A stretch of 64,000 nucleotides of DNA from NCBI GenBank assembly GCA_965219685.1, contig CBDCOH010000002.1:3744001-3808000 (forward strand), in the 5' to 3' direction. Origin of the DNA: Candidatus Spongiisociaceae bacterium. GTDB taxonomy: Bacteria; Actinomycetota; Acidimicrobiia; Spongiisociales; Spongiisociaceae. Below are positions 9,440 through 17,996 of this stretch, piece after piece. Within the stretch, counting starts at the first letter, position 1, and each line of letters begins with the position of its first letter. The notes beneath the pieces were generated by a model. That model made no database searches, was not told the DNA's origin, and saw nothing but the letters and a program-made list of their open reading frames with translations. The position numbers and the translations under genes are program-made.

Positions 9440-9504
9440 TCGGTAGTCGGTAGTCGGTAGTCGGTAGTCGGTAGTCGGTAGTCGGTAGTCGGTAGTCGGT
9501 AGTC
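9421..9504 (+). repeat. (GGTAGTC)12 perfect heptamer tandem repeat containing the serA stop
   Basis: 12 identical units counted directly; stop TAG at 9437-9439. Confidence 0.97.
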
Positions 9505-9536
9505 AGCGGGATCAGGTACGACTAGGCTACCAAGCA

Positions 9537-9561
9537 CTAACAACTATAGACTATTAACTAG
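9537..9561 (-). repeat. Degenerate heptamer array, opposite orientation
   Basis: CTAACAA CTATAGA CTATTAA CTAG. Confidence 0.6.
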
Positions 9562-9577
9562 AGCCTACGGATCAATT

Positions 9578-9611
9578 TGCATGAATATGCAGACACACGT
9601 ATGATCATGCA
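9578..9611 (+). promoter_or_regulatory. Tandem ARG boxes (ArgR operator)
   Basis: TGCATGAATATGCA and CGTATGATCATGCA, starts 20 bp apart, directly before argC. Confidence 0.85.
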
Positions 9612-9614
9612 GTC

Positions 9615-10634
9615 ATGGGAGTAGCCGCCGCCGTACTGGGGGCCTCCGGGTACGCCGGAGGCGAGTTGGTCAGGATCCTCGACGAGCATCCGTCGTTCGA
9701 GGTCGCCTATCTGGGCGCCTATACGCAGGCCGGTTCGACGCTCGGCGAGGTACATCCGCACCTGCCCGGGTCGGACCGGCTTCTGGAGCCTATAGATGTG
9801 GATCTGCTCACCGGTGCGGACGTGGTCTTCCTGGCTCTCCCGCACGGTGCGTCCTGGGAAGCGGGCCATCGGCTGGCGGAGGCCGGGGTGGCTGTCTTCG
9901 ATCTTGGAAGCGACTATCGGATGGACACCCCCCAGCGCTACGAGTTCGCCTACGGAGGGCTTCACCCGCTCCCTGACCAGCTGGGAGTCTGGGTGTACGG
10001 ACTTCCGGAGTTGTTCGGAGCCTCTCTCCCCGGAGCTGGAAGGGTGGCGGTACCCGGGTGTTACCCCACCTCGGCGCTGCTCGGTTTGGCGCCCATCGTG
10101 GCTGCCGGGCTCATCGAGGGCCCGATAGTGGTCGACTCGATGTCCGGTGTGACGGGAGCGGGCCGGGGGCTCAAGGCCGGTCTCACCTTCGGTGCGGTCG
10201 ACGAGAGCGTCAAGGCCTACGGTCTGGCCACCCATCGCCACCGGCCGGAGATCGAGATGGGCCTCGAGGCGTTCGCCGGAGGACCGGTGACCGTGCAGTT
10301 CACCCCTCACCTGGTCCCCATGCAGCGAGGAATACTCTCCACCTGCTCCGCCGACCTGGTAGAAGCCGGCAGGATCGGCGGCGCCCTACGGGACGCATAC
10401 GCCAAGTCACCCTTCGTCGATGTCCTGGACCAGCCACCCCAGACCCGCTGGGTGGTGGGATCCAACCGGGTTCTCATCCACGCCGTCGAGGATCACCACG
10501 CCGGCCGCGCGATCGTCACGGTTGCAATCGACAATCTCGGCAAGGGCGCTGCCGGCCAGGCTGTGCAATGCGCCAACCTGGCGCTGGGGTTCCCGGAGAC
10601 GGCCGGACTCACCACTGCCGGGTGGCTCCCGTGA
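9615..10634 (+). CDS. argC: N-acetyl-gamma-glutamyl-phosphate reductase
   Basis: GASGYAG, PGCYPT, SGVTGAG, DNLGKGAAGQAVQ. Confidence 0.96.
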   Translation: MGVAAAVLGASGYAGGELVRILDEHPSFEVAYLGAYTQAGSTLGEVHPHLPGSDRLLEPIDVDLLTGADVVFLALPHGASWEAGHRLAEAGVAVFDLGSDYRMDTPQRYEFAYGGLHPLPDQLGVWVYGLPELFGASLPGAGRVAVPGCYPTSALLGLAPIVAAGLIEGPIVVDSMSGVTGAGRGLKAGLTFGAVDESVKAYGLATHRHRPEIEMGLEAFAGGPVTVQFTPHLVPMQRGILSTCSADLVEAGRIGGALRDAYAKSPFVDVLDQPPQTRWVVGSNRVLIHAVEDHHAGRAIVTVAIDNLGKGAAGQAVQCANLALGFPETAGLTTAGWLP

Positions 10635-11791
10635 GCGTCACCGCGGCCGGGGGTTTCATGGCCACCGGTCTTGCCTGCGGGGTGAAGCCATCCGATGTTC
10701 CCGACCTGGCGCTGATAACCACCTGGGCTCCGGTTCCCGCCGCGGCGGTGTTCACTACGTCCACGACCGCCGCGCCGGTGATCGAGATGGGGCGCCAAGC
10801 TCTGTCCGACGGTCGTCTGCAGGCGGTGCTGGTCGTTTCAGGGTGCGCCAATGCGGTGACCGGAGCCGCCGGGGCCGCCGCCGCCGAACGCGTCGTCAAG
10901 AAGGCAGCCGACCTGCTGGGGATAGACGAAGCGAACGTCCTGCTCTCGACGACCGGCCCGATCGGGAAGCTGCTGCCCGTACTCGAGGTCTACGAGGGGC
11001 TGGAGCGGGCGTTCCCGGCCCTGGGGGAAGGCTCGGATGACGGCAAGGCGGCTGCCTCGGGCATCCTCACCACCGACACGGTCACCAAGGAAGCAGTGGT
11101 GGAGGGGGAAGGCTACGTGGTCGGGGGCATGGCCAAGGGATCGGGCATGGTGCGACCCGACATGGCCACCATGCTGGCCTATCTCACCACGGACGCGGTG
11201 GTCCATCCCGAGGTGCTGCGGTCGTCGCTCCGGGAGGCGGTCGCACCGACCTTCAACAGCCTGAACATCGACGGCTGCCAGTCCACCAATGACACGGTTG
11301 TCGTGATGGCGTCCGGAGCGAGCGGCGTCGAGCCCGACCCGGAGTCCTTCACCGCTGACCTGACGGAAGCCTGCCGGAGTCTGGCAATGCAGATGATGCG
11401 GGACGCCGAGGGCGCATCCCGGGTGGTGACGCTGCGGATTGTGGGGGCGACCGACGATGCCGCAGCCCGGGAGATCGGCAAGGCGGTCGCCGACGCGGCA
11501 CGGGTACGGACATCGTTCTACAAGGAGGATCCCAACTGGGGAAGGTTGGCGGCTGCCGCCGGTGTCAGCGGCCATGAAGTGTCTCCCTTCCACATAGGCG
11601 TCCGCTACGGGCAGACGACGTTGGCCTGGCACGGGATACCCATGGCCCATAGCGTCGAAGGTGTCCGCAGGCAGATGGCCGGGGACTTCACCATCGAGAT
11701 GCGGGTGGGCCTGGGCCTCGGCAAGGCGACCATCCTGACCTGCGACTTGACGCCCGAGTATGCGGTCCTCGACGGTGGGATGCGGGTCTGA
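10631..11791 (+). CDS. argJ: Ornithine acetyltransferase (divergent)
   Basis: KGSGMVRPDMATML autoproteolysis motif, STNDT, DPNWGR; GTGA overlap. Confidence 0.9.
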   Translation: MSVTAAGGFMATGLACGVKPSDVPDLALITTWAPVPAAAVFTTSTTAAPVIEMGRQALSDGRLQAVLVVSGCANAVTGAAGAAAAERVVKKAADLLGIDEANVLLSTTGPIGKLLPVLEVYEGLERAFPALGEGSDDGKAAASGILTTDTVTKEAVVEGEGYVVGGMAKGSGMVRPDMATMLAYLTTDAVVHPEVLRSSLREAVAPTFNSLNIDGCQSTNDTVVVMASGASGVEPDPESFTADLTEACRSLAMQMMRDAEGASRVVTLRIVGATDDAAAREIGKAVADAARVRTSFYKEDPNWGRLAAAAGVSGHEVSPFHIGVRYGQTTLAWHGIPMAHSVEGVRRQMAGDFTIEMRVGLGLGKATILTCDLTPEYAVLDGGMRV

Positions 11792-12696
11792 TGGTCACCG
11801 GTCACACGGCCCCGACCGTGCGCCGCTCTCGCATCGCCTCTGCCATGGCCAAGGCCAGGGTCCTCACCGAGGCCATGCCCTACATTCAGGCGTTTTCAGG
11901 GGAGACGGTCGTGATCAAGTACGGCGGATCCGCGATGGTCGACGACGATCTGCGTGCGAGCTTCGCCCGTGACATCGCCCTCCTGGTGCTGATGGGCCTC
12001 AGGCCGGTCGTGGTCCACGGAGGCGGACCACATATCACCCGGGCCATGGCCGACGCTGGTCTGGAGCCGCGGTGGGTGGACGGTCTGCGGGTGACGGACG
12101 AGGCGACGCTCGGGGTCGTGGTGGCGACGCTGGCAGGCGCGATCAATCCCGACATCGTTCGGCTTCTGCAGAGTCACGATACCCCTGCGGAAGGTTTCGG
12201 GAGCCTCGGCAGCGGCTTGTTCACCGCCAGCCAACGGCACCCCGACCTGGGCTTCGTGGGCCGGATCGAGCGGGTGAACGCGCATGGAATCAACGAGTTG
12301 CTAGACCAGAGCATCGTGCCGGTGGTGGCGCCCCTGGCGAGCGGCAAGGACGGGAGTGTCTACAACATCAACGCCGACACCGCCGCAGGCTCTCTGGCCC
12401 GGACGCTCGAGGCGCGCAAGCTCATTTACCTCACCGACGTCGAGGGTCTGTACCGGGATCTCGACGACGAGGACAGCCTTATCGAAGCCATGTTCCTAGG
12501 CGAACTGCGAGAGATACTGGGGAGCGGTAGTATCTCGGCCGGGATGTTTCCCAAGCTGGAGTCCTGCATCGAAGCGTTGGAGAACGGCGTTCCCCAGGCC
12601 CACATACTGGACGGACGGATCCAGCACGCGGTGCTGCTGGAGATTTTCACACCGGAAGGAATTGGAACGATGATCACACCGGGAGAGAAGTGGTGA
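11791..12696 (+). CDS. argB: Acetylglutamate kinase
   Basis: IKYGGSAM, VHGGGP, GLRVTD, NINAD. Confidence 0.96.
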   Translation: MVTGHTAPTVRRSRIASAMAKARVLTEAMPYIQAFSGETVVIKYGGSAMVDDDLRASFARDIALLVLMGLRPVVVHGGGPHITRAMADAGLEPRWVDGLRVTDEATLGVVVATLAGAINPDIVRLLQSHDTPAEGFGSLGSGLFTASQRHPDLGFVGRIERVNAHGINELLDQSIVPVVAPLASGKDGSVYNINADTAAGSLARTLEARKLIYLTDVEGLYRDLDDEDSLIEAMFLGELREILGSGSISAGMFPKLESCIEALENGVPQAHILDGRIQHAVLLEIFTPEGIGTMITPGEKW

Positions 12697-13868
12697 CCCC
12701 GTCTCCGACCATCGCCGATCGGGAGGCCGCCGCCGTCCTCCAGACCTACGGGCGGGCGCCGGTCACGTTCGTACGTGGCGACGGCTGCCGGCTCTACGAC
12801 GAGGACGGGAAGGACTACCTGGACTGCCTCGCGGGGATAGCGGTGGTGTCGGTGGGCCACGCCAACGCGGCAGTGGCCGCGGCGGTGGCCCGGCAGATGA
12901 CCCGGTTGGTCCACACGTCGAATCTCTACTACACGGTTCCGCAGGTGGAGTTGGCCGAACGTCTCAAGGCTCTGTCGGGGCTGGACCGGGTCTTCTTCGC
13001 CAACTGCGGGGCCACCGCCAACGAGGCGGCTATCAAGCTGGCCCGCCGGTGGGGCCAGAAGCGGCGCGGCCACGACTGTTACGAGGTCATCTCGCTGATC
13101 GACTCCTTCCACGGCCGGACCCTGGCGGCGCTGGCGGCGACCGGCCAGCCCCACAAGCAGGAGGTCTTCGCTCCGCTCCCGCCCGGGTTCCCGCAGGTGC
13201 CGGCCGGTGACATCGACGCCATGGCCGATGCCGTTGGACCGCAGACCGCCGGAGTGTTGATCGAGACCACCCAGGGTGAGGGAGGGGTGGTTCCCCTGAA
13301 CCGGAGGTACCTCCAAGAGCTCAGGGCTCTCTGCGACGAGCGCGAGGTGCTGCTCATGTTCGACGATGTCCAGGCGGGAATCGGCCGCACCGGTTCGTGG
13401 TTCTCCTGGCAGCAGTTAGGTGTGGAGCCGGACATCGCGACGCTGGCCAAAGCTCTCGCCAACGGGCTTCCCATCGGTGCCTGCCTCTCCACGGAGCGGG
13501 CTGCAGCCTTCGACTACGGCGATCATGCCACCACGTTCGGAGGGGGGCCGGTGATCACGTCGGCCGCCCTCGCCGTTCTCGACGAGATCGAGAACCGTGA
13601 CCTGCTGGCCAACTGCCGGGAGCGAGGCGCACAGTTCGTGGAACGTCTCAAGGCAGTGGACGGCGTGATCGACGTACGCGGTCGGGGACTGCTGGTCGGA
13701 GCCGTGCTCGAATCGGACCGGGCCGCCGAGGTCACGCAGACCGCGATGGCCAACGGCCTGCTGGTCAACAACGTGGTGCCGGACACGGTCCGTTTCGCTC
13801 CGCCCCTGACCATCAGTCCCGACGAGGTAGACGAGGCGGTCTCCAAGTTCGAGGCATCCCTCGGGTAG
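12690..13868 (+). CDS. argD: Acetylornithine aminotransferase
   Basis: SFHGRT, QGEGG, DDVQAGIGRTG, AKALANGLPIG, HATTFGG. Confidence 0.93.
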   Translation: MVTPSPTIADREAAAVLQTYGRAPVTFVRGDGCRLYDEDGKDYLDCLAGIAVVSVGHANAAVAAAVARQMTRLVHTSNLYYTVPQVELAERLKALSGLDRVFFANCGATANEAAIKLARRWGQKRRGHDCYEVISLIDSFHGRTLAALAATGQPHKQEVFAPLPPGFPQVPAGDIDAMADAVGPQTAGVLIETTQGEGGVVPLNRRYLQELRALCDEREVLLMFDDVQAGIGRTGSWFSWQQLGVEPDIATLAKALANGLPIGACLSTERAAAFDYGDHATTFGGGPVITSAALAVLDEIENRDLLANCRERGAQFVERLKAVDGVIDVRGRGLLVGAVLESDRAAEVTQTAMANGLLVNNVVPDTVRFAPPLTISPDEVDEAVSKFEASLG

Positions 13869-14061
13869 CCGACCCGGCTCATTTCCGATTTAGCCTTACC
13901 GGCCCCGTCCTCGGTGAGGCTCCGGGTTACCGGACCGCCCTCAGCAACTCTGTCCGCGGTGAGTATGTCGCCCGCTTCGGGTCAGGAGGGGCGATCGGTC
14001 GTCGGGCTGGATGAGCGCGCGGTATCTCACGGATCGCGACCCTCTACCGTTTACCAGATAG

Positions 14062-14520
14062 ATGAACCTGCCGCCGTTCCAGACGCTCGTCGACGAGCAC
14101 TCCCGTCCGCTCCATCGATTTCTGATCGGGATGGTGGGTCCGGTCGCGGCCGACGACTGCCTCCAGGAGACCCTGCTGGCCGCGCTTCGCTCCTACGGGC
14201 GCCTACGGCATGACCGGAACCTGAGAGGCTGGCTGTTCACGATCGCCCATCGCAAGGGAATCGACTACCTGCGAAAAAGCTCCAGGGAGCAGCCCTTCGC
14301 TTCCCCACCGGACCAAGCGTCGCAGCCTGAGCCGATACGCGACGCGGCACTTTGGGGCCGGGTGGCAGCGCTACCTGACAAACAGCGGGCCGCCGTGACC
14401 CTGCGCTATCTCGGCGACCTTGCATACGCGGATGTCGCAGCCGTGATGGCGATCAGCGAGCCCGCCGCCCGGCAGAACGTGCGTGCCGGCCTGTCCTCAC
14501 TCCGGAAGGAATACTCATGA
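14062..14520 (+). CDS. ECF RNA polymerase sigma factor
   Basis: ADDCLQET, WLFTIAH (region 2); LPDKQRAAVTLRY (region 4). Confidence 0.9.
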   Translation: MNLPPFQTLVDEHSRPLHRFLIGMVGPVAADDCLQETLLAALRSYGRLRHDRNLRGWLFTIAHRKGIDYLRKSSREQPFASPPDQASQPEPIRDAALWGRVAALPDKQRAAVTLRYLGDLAYADVAAVMAISEPAARQNVRAGLSSLRKEYS

Positions 14521-15119
14521 GCAACGTCGCCGAGAGGATCAGGAATCTGGAGTCCGCTTCGACGGAAGATGCCGTCAGGCGCTTCGCCAACCGAGCGTTC
14601 ACGGAAGGAGCGGCGCGAGTCGCCTTCGGCATGGTGCCCTCTCCGATAGGTGATCTGACAGCTCTGGTGACAGGCCATGGCCTCCTCGCCCTGGCCTTCG
14701 AGACGGACGACCTCGATGAGATCATGAGGTCGGTGGCGAGGAAGGTGTCCCCGGCCATCATCCGGTTGCCGTCGGCGGTCGGGCCGGTCCACTCCTGGGT
14801 GGATGCCTACTTCGGCGCCCGGCCCGTGCCCGAACTACCCCTCGATCGTTCTCTGATCACGCCCTTCCAGGACCGGGTCTTGGTAGCGACCGCCGGAATA
14901 CCGCCGGGCGAGGTCCGCACCTACGGGCAGGTGGCGGCGCTGGCCGGGAACTCGAAGGCGGCTCGGGCGACGGGGAGAGCGTTGGGGGCCAACCCGATCC
15001 CCATCGTGCTCCCCTGCCATCGCGTGGTAGCCGCTGACGGCAGCCTCCACGGTTATGCCGGCGGTCTCGACATCAAGAGACTGCTGCTCGACCATGAGCG
15101 GACAATATGTCCGGTCTGA
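14517..15119 (+). CDS. ogt: Methylated-DNA-[protein]-cysteine S-methyltransferase
   Basis: NPIPIVLPCHRV active site, GYAGG. Confidence 0.92.
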   Translation: MSNVAERIRNLESASTEDAVRRFANRAFTEGAARVAFGMVPSPIGDLTALVTGHGLLALAFETDDLDEIMRSVARKVSPAIIRLPSAVGPVHSWVDAYFGARPVPELPLDRSLITPFQDRVLVATAGIPPGEVRTYGQVAALAGNSKAARATGRALGANPIPIVLPCHRVVAADGSLHGYAGGLDIKRLLLDHERTICPV

Positions 15120-15445
15120 AGCTCCTATTCGATCAGAACCTATCTGCCGAGCTAAAGGACGAACTGCGAGATCTCTTTCCCGGGTCCCTCCACATTAGTG
15201 ACGTTGGACTCCTAAACGCCGACGACGAGGAGATCTGGGAATATGCCAGGAGTCGTGCATTTGCTACAGCTTCTACGGACTCCGACTTTCGTACACTGAG
15301 TTGCGAGCGTGGACATCCGCCTAAGGCCATTTGGATCCGGCCTGGCAACTTGAAGTCGCAGGAGATCGTACGGATCCTCCGTGAACGGCATCATGATCTG
15401 CTCGCATTCCATAAGAGCGAAGAAGGTCTTCTCGAACTGAGCTGA
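15107..15445 (+). CDS. DUF5615 / PIN-like (VapC45-type) protein without adjacent antitoxin
   Basis: KLLFDQNLS, DEEIWEYA, DSDF, PPKAIWIR; visibly lower GC. Confidence 0.75.
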   Translation: MSGLKLLFDQNLSAELKDELRDLFPGSLHISDVGLLNADDEEIWEYARSRAFATASTDSDFRTLSCERGHPPKAIWIRPGNLKSQEIVRILRERHHDLLAFHKSEEGLLELS

Positions 15446-15461
15446 GCTGTTGGCCTGTCGC

Positions 15462-15512
15462 GGCTACGCCGGAGGTCTCGACCGCACACGACTTCTTCTC
15501 GAACACGAGCGG
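15462..15512 (+). pseudogene. Orphan second copy of the ogt 3' end
   Basis: GYAGGLDRTRLLLEHER vs GYAGGLDIKRLLLDHER (15051-15101). Confidence 0.8.
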
Positions 15513-15585
15513 GAAACGACCACCCGCCGCGGACGGTTATTACGCACCCCGGCTGGGCCTGATCGCCGGGCGAGCGTAGCTCCGG

Positions 15586-16848
15586 CTATTCGAACAGGAC
15601 CGTCTCGACCGTCTCGATACGTCCGTCCGGGGTGAAGCGCCAGACCTCGATGTGGCCTCGTCGCAGGTCACCATTCCCGTCCCAATCCAGCGAGGAGGCG
15701 ACTCCTTCGTAGTCGACCTCCCGGCCGTCGGCCAGCAGCCGCAGCGCCTCCGCCACTCCCGCCGCGGTGCCGAGAACGACCTCGCCCGGTGGACCGCCGA
15801 TGTCTCGCAGACGGTCGCGGATGGCGGCGCCGTCGAGACTCCCGGCGGCCTGCGCCGCGAGGGCCAGCGCGACGGTGGCGTCGTAGGTCTCCCTGACGTA
15901 GGTCATGACAGGCAGTGCGCCGAACTCAGCCAGGAACGAGGCCTCCCAGGCGGGGCCGGCGACGCTGTCGGGGCTCGGCGCTCCGGCCGTACCGTACATG
16001 CCCCCCAGCACGTCGCCTCCGATCTCCTCGACCAGCCGGGGCCTCCTGGCGGCGTCGCCGAACAGGAAGTGGGTGAAGATACCCTCGTCGAGGGCCTCGC
16101 GGACGATGCCGAGAGCGTGACTGCCGAAGGTCACGACCACCAGCGCCTGCGCTCCGGCGCTGGCACTCTGTCGCAACTCGGGCAGGTAGGACGGCTGGCC
16201 GTCGACGACTGCCACAGCCTCAAGCCCTCCGTCCCATGCCTCCGCGAAGCTACCCGCCAGCCCTCGTCCATAAGGGTCGTCGAAATAGATGAGGCCAACG
16301 TTGTCGAAGCCCCGATCCCTGGTGACCCGCGCCAGCACCGGGCCCTGGGCCGTGTCGGAGAGGGTGGTGCGGAAGAAGAAGTCGCTGTCCGCAGCTTCCG
16401 TCAGCCGGGGAGAGGTCGCCGATGGGCTGATGGTGGGAATGGCGGCGGGGCCGGTCACGTTCTCCACGACTGCCAGGGACGCCGCACTCGAGTTGGGGCC
16501 GACGATGGCGTGGACGCCGTCGGCGATCAGGCCCTGCGCCGCCTCGATCGCCGGACCCGGGGTGCGGGTTGCGTCCCGGATCAATCCCTCCACCGGATGG
16601 CCGAGCACCCCGCCTCCGTCGTTGATGTGCCGGATGGCCAGGTCGAAGCCGCGCTGCCGGTCGGCCGAGACGTCGGGAGCGCCGGAGTAGTCGAGCATGA
16701 GGGCGATCTTCATCGGTTCGGACCGGTCCGCCCGGTCGCAACCGGGAACGAGCAGAGCGACCAACATGGCGCAGACGGTTACCCAGCGAGTCAGGCGCAA
16801 TCTACCTACGGACACACCCGCCCTCCCGTACGCCGGTTCCGATAACAA
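15586..16848 (-). CDS. LivJ-like ABC substrate-binding lipoprotein (start uncertain)
   Basis: INDGGGVLG, ISPSATSP, FFFRT, YGRGLA, YDA. Confidence 0.85.
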   Translation of the reverse strand: MLSEPAYGRAGVSVGRLRLTRWVTVCAMLVALLVPGCDRADRSEPMKIALMLDYSGAPDVSADRQRGFDLAIRHINDGGGVLGHPVEGLIRDATRTPGPAIEAAQGLIADGVHAIVGPNSSAASLAVVENVTGPAAIPTISPSATSPRLTEAADSDFFFRTTLSDTAQGPVLARVTRDRGFDNVGLIYFDDPYGRGLAGSFAEAWDGGLEAVAVVDGQPSYLPELRQSASAGAQALVVVTFGSHALGIVREALDEGIFTHFLFGDAARRPRLVEEIGGDVLGGMYGTAGAPSPDSVAGPAWEASFLAEFGALPVMTYVRETYDATVALALAAQAAGSLDGAAIRDRLRDIGGPPGEVVLGTAAGVAEALRLLADGREVDYEGVASSLDWDGNGDLRRGHIEVWRFTPDGRIETVETVLFE

Positions 16849-16884
16849 ACGAGGACGCCGAACACCATGATCGCTCCTGCAACT

Positions 16885-17163
16885 CTAGACGAGTAGTTCC
16901 AAGCCATCCCGGCCGGAAGTGATCACACTAACCTAGCGGTGTACAACGCCGCACAACACAGCTGTGACTCGTATGTGTCAGTCTATCTTGCCACCGGTCA
17001 CCCATCTTCCATCCCGGGGGCTGCCACTTCGTGAAGAGTCACCCGCGGCGCAAGGCGCGAGACCCGAACAGTGCTATGGAGGATGGTAAATAATTCGATC
17101 CAGGTTTAACCATCGGAAACCAACTAGAAACTACAGACTACCGACTAGGAACTATTCATCTAG
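16885..17163. mobile_element. MITE-like dispersed element, copy B
   Basis: Ends CTAGACGAGTAGTTCCAAG and CTAGGAACTATTCATCTAG are inverted (16/19); homologous to 1699-1942. Confidence 0.7.
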
Positions 17164-17265
17164 TTCTCCTACCACCACCCCCTGTGGCCCGAGGTCCGCG
17201 GACATCCGTTCCCCCGGCAGTCGGGGGCGGTCAAGCCTGGCGCATTCCGGCGGTAGCCTGGCGCT

Positions 17266-17901
17266 ATGCGGCCCACCGTGATGATGAAGGCGGCGATGAC
17301 CCTGGATGGTCAGTTGGCCGCCGCCGACGGAACCTCCCAGTGGATCAGTTCGCCTGAGGCCCGCCGCGATGCTCACCGGCTGAGGGCCGAGGTCGATGCC
17401 GTGATGGTGGGAGCCGGCACGGTCAGGGCCGACGACCCACGGCTGACGGTGAGGCTCGATACCAGCAGCGAGAACGGGACCGAGCAGCCGGTCCCGGTGA
17501 TCGTCGCAGGGCGGCAAGGGTTGCCTCCCGGGGCGCACCTGTTCGGGCGGGATCCGATCGTGCTGGCGCCCGGTCCTCTTCAGGTTCCCGGCCGGGTGAT
17601 CGTGGCGCCAGACGACTCGGCCGACAGTGTGGACCTGGCGACGGGTCTGGGCAGGCTCGGCCCGCTCGGCGTGGGGTCGGTCATGGTCGAGGGGGGAGCG
17701 ATGCTGTTCCGCTCTTTGCTGGACGCCGGTCTCGTCGACCGCGGCGTTCTCTATTACGGTCCGATGCTTGCCGGTGGCGTGGGCGCCCCGCTGTTCCGGG
17801 GTACGTGGAAAACCCTGGCGGATGCCCGGCCGGTCCGGGTCAGGGCAATCCGGCGCCTGGGCGAGTCGATCAGGGTCGACATCGAGATCGGGAAGGGGTA
17901 G
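17266..17901 (+). CDS. RibD C-terminal (reductase-only) protein
   Basis: KAAMTLDG, SQWIS, GAGTVRADDPRLTVR, VEGGA; no deaminase domain. Confidence 0.85.
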   Translation: MRPTVMMKAAMTLDGQLAAADGTSQWISSPEARRDAHRLRAEVDAVMVGAGTVRADDPRLTVRLDTSSENGTEQPVPVIVAGRQGLPPGAHLFGRDPIVLAPGPLQVPGRVIVAPDDSADSVDLATGLGRLGPLGVGSVMVEGGAMLFRSLLDAGLVDRGVLYYGPMLAGGVGAPLFRGTWKTLADARPVRVRAIRRLGESIRVDIEIGKG

Positions 17902-17996
17902 CAGCGCGACGTGCTGCCCCGGAGGCGGGGCCGATCCCGCTGGGGCGCAATCAACTGCACCAGCCTGCCACGCCTTCCCCAGATGGTCCGTTCTCG

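Noticed and set aside
9421-9504. CRISPR array
   Set aside because: Contiguous 7-mers with no spacers; no cas genes.
17164-17265. FMN riboswitch or deaminase remnant before the RibD-like gene
   Set aside because: No RFN consensus and no HAE/PCxxC motif seen.
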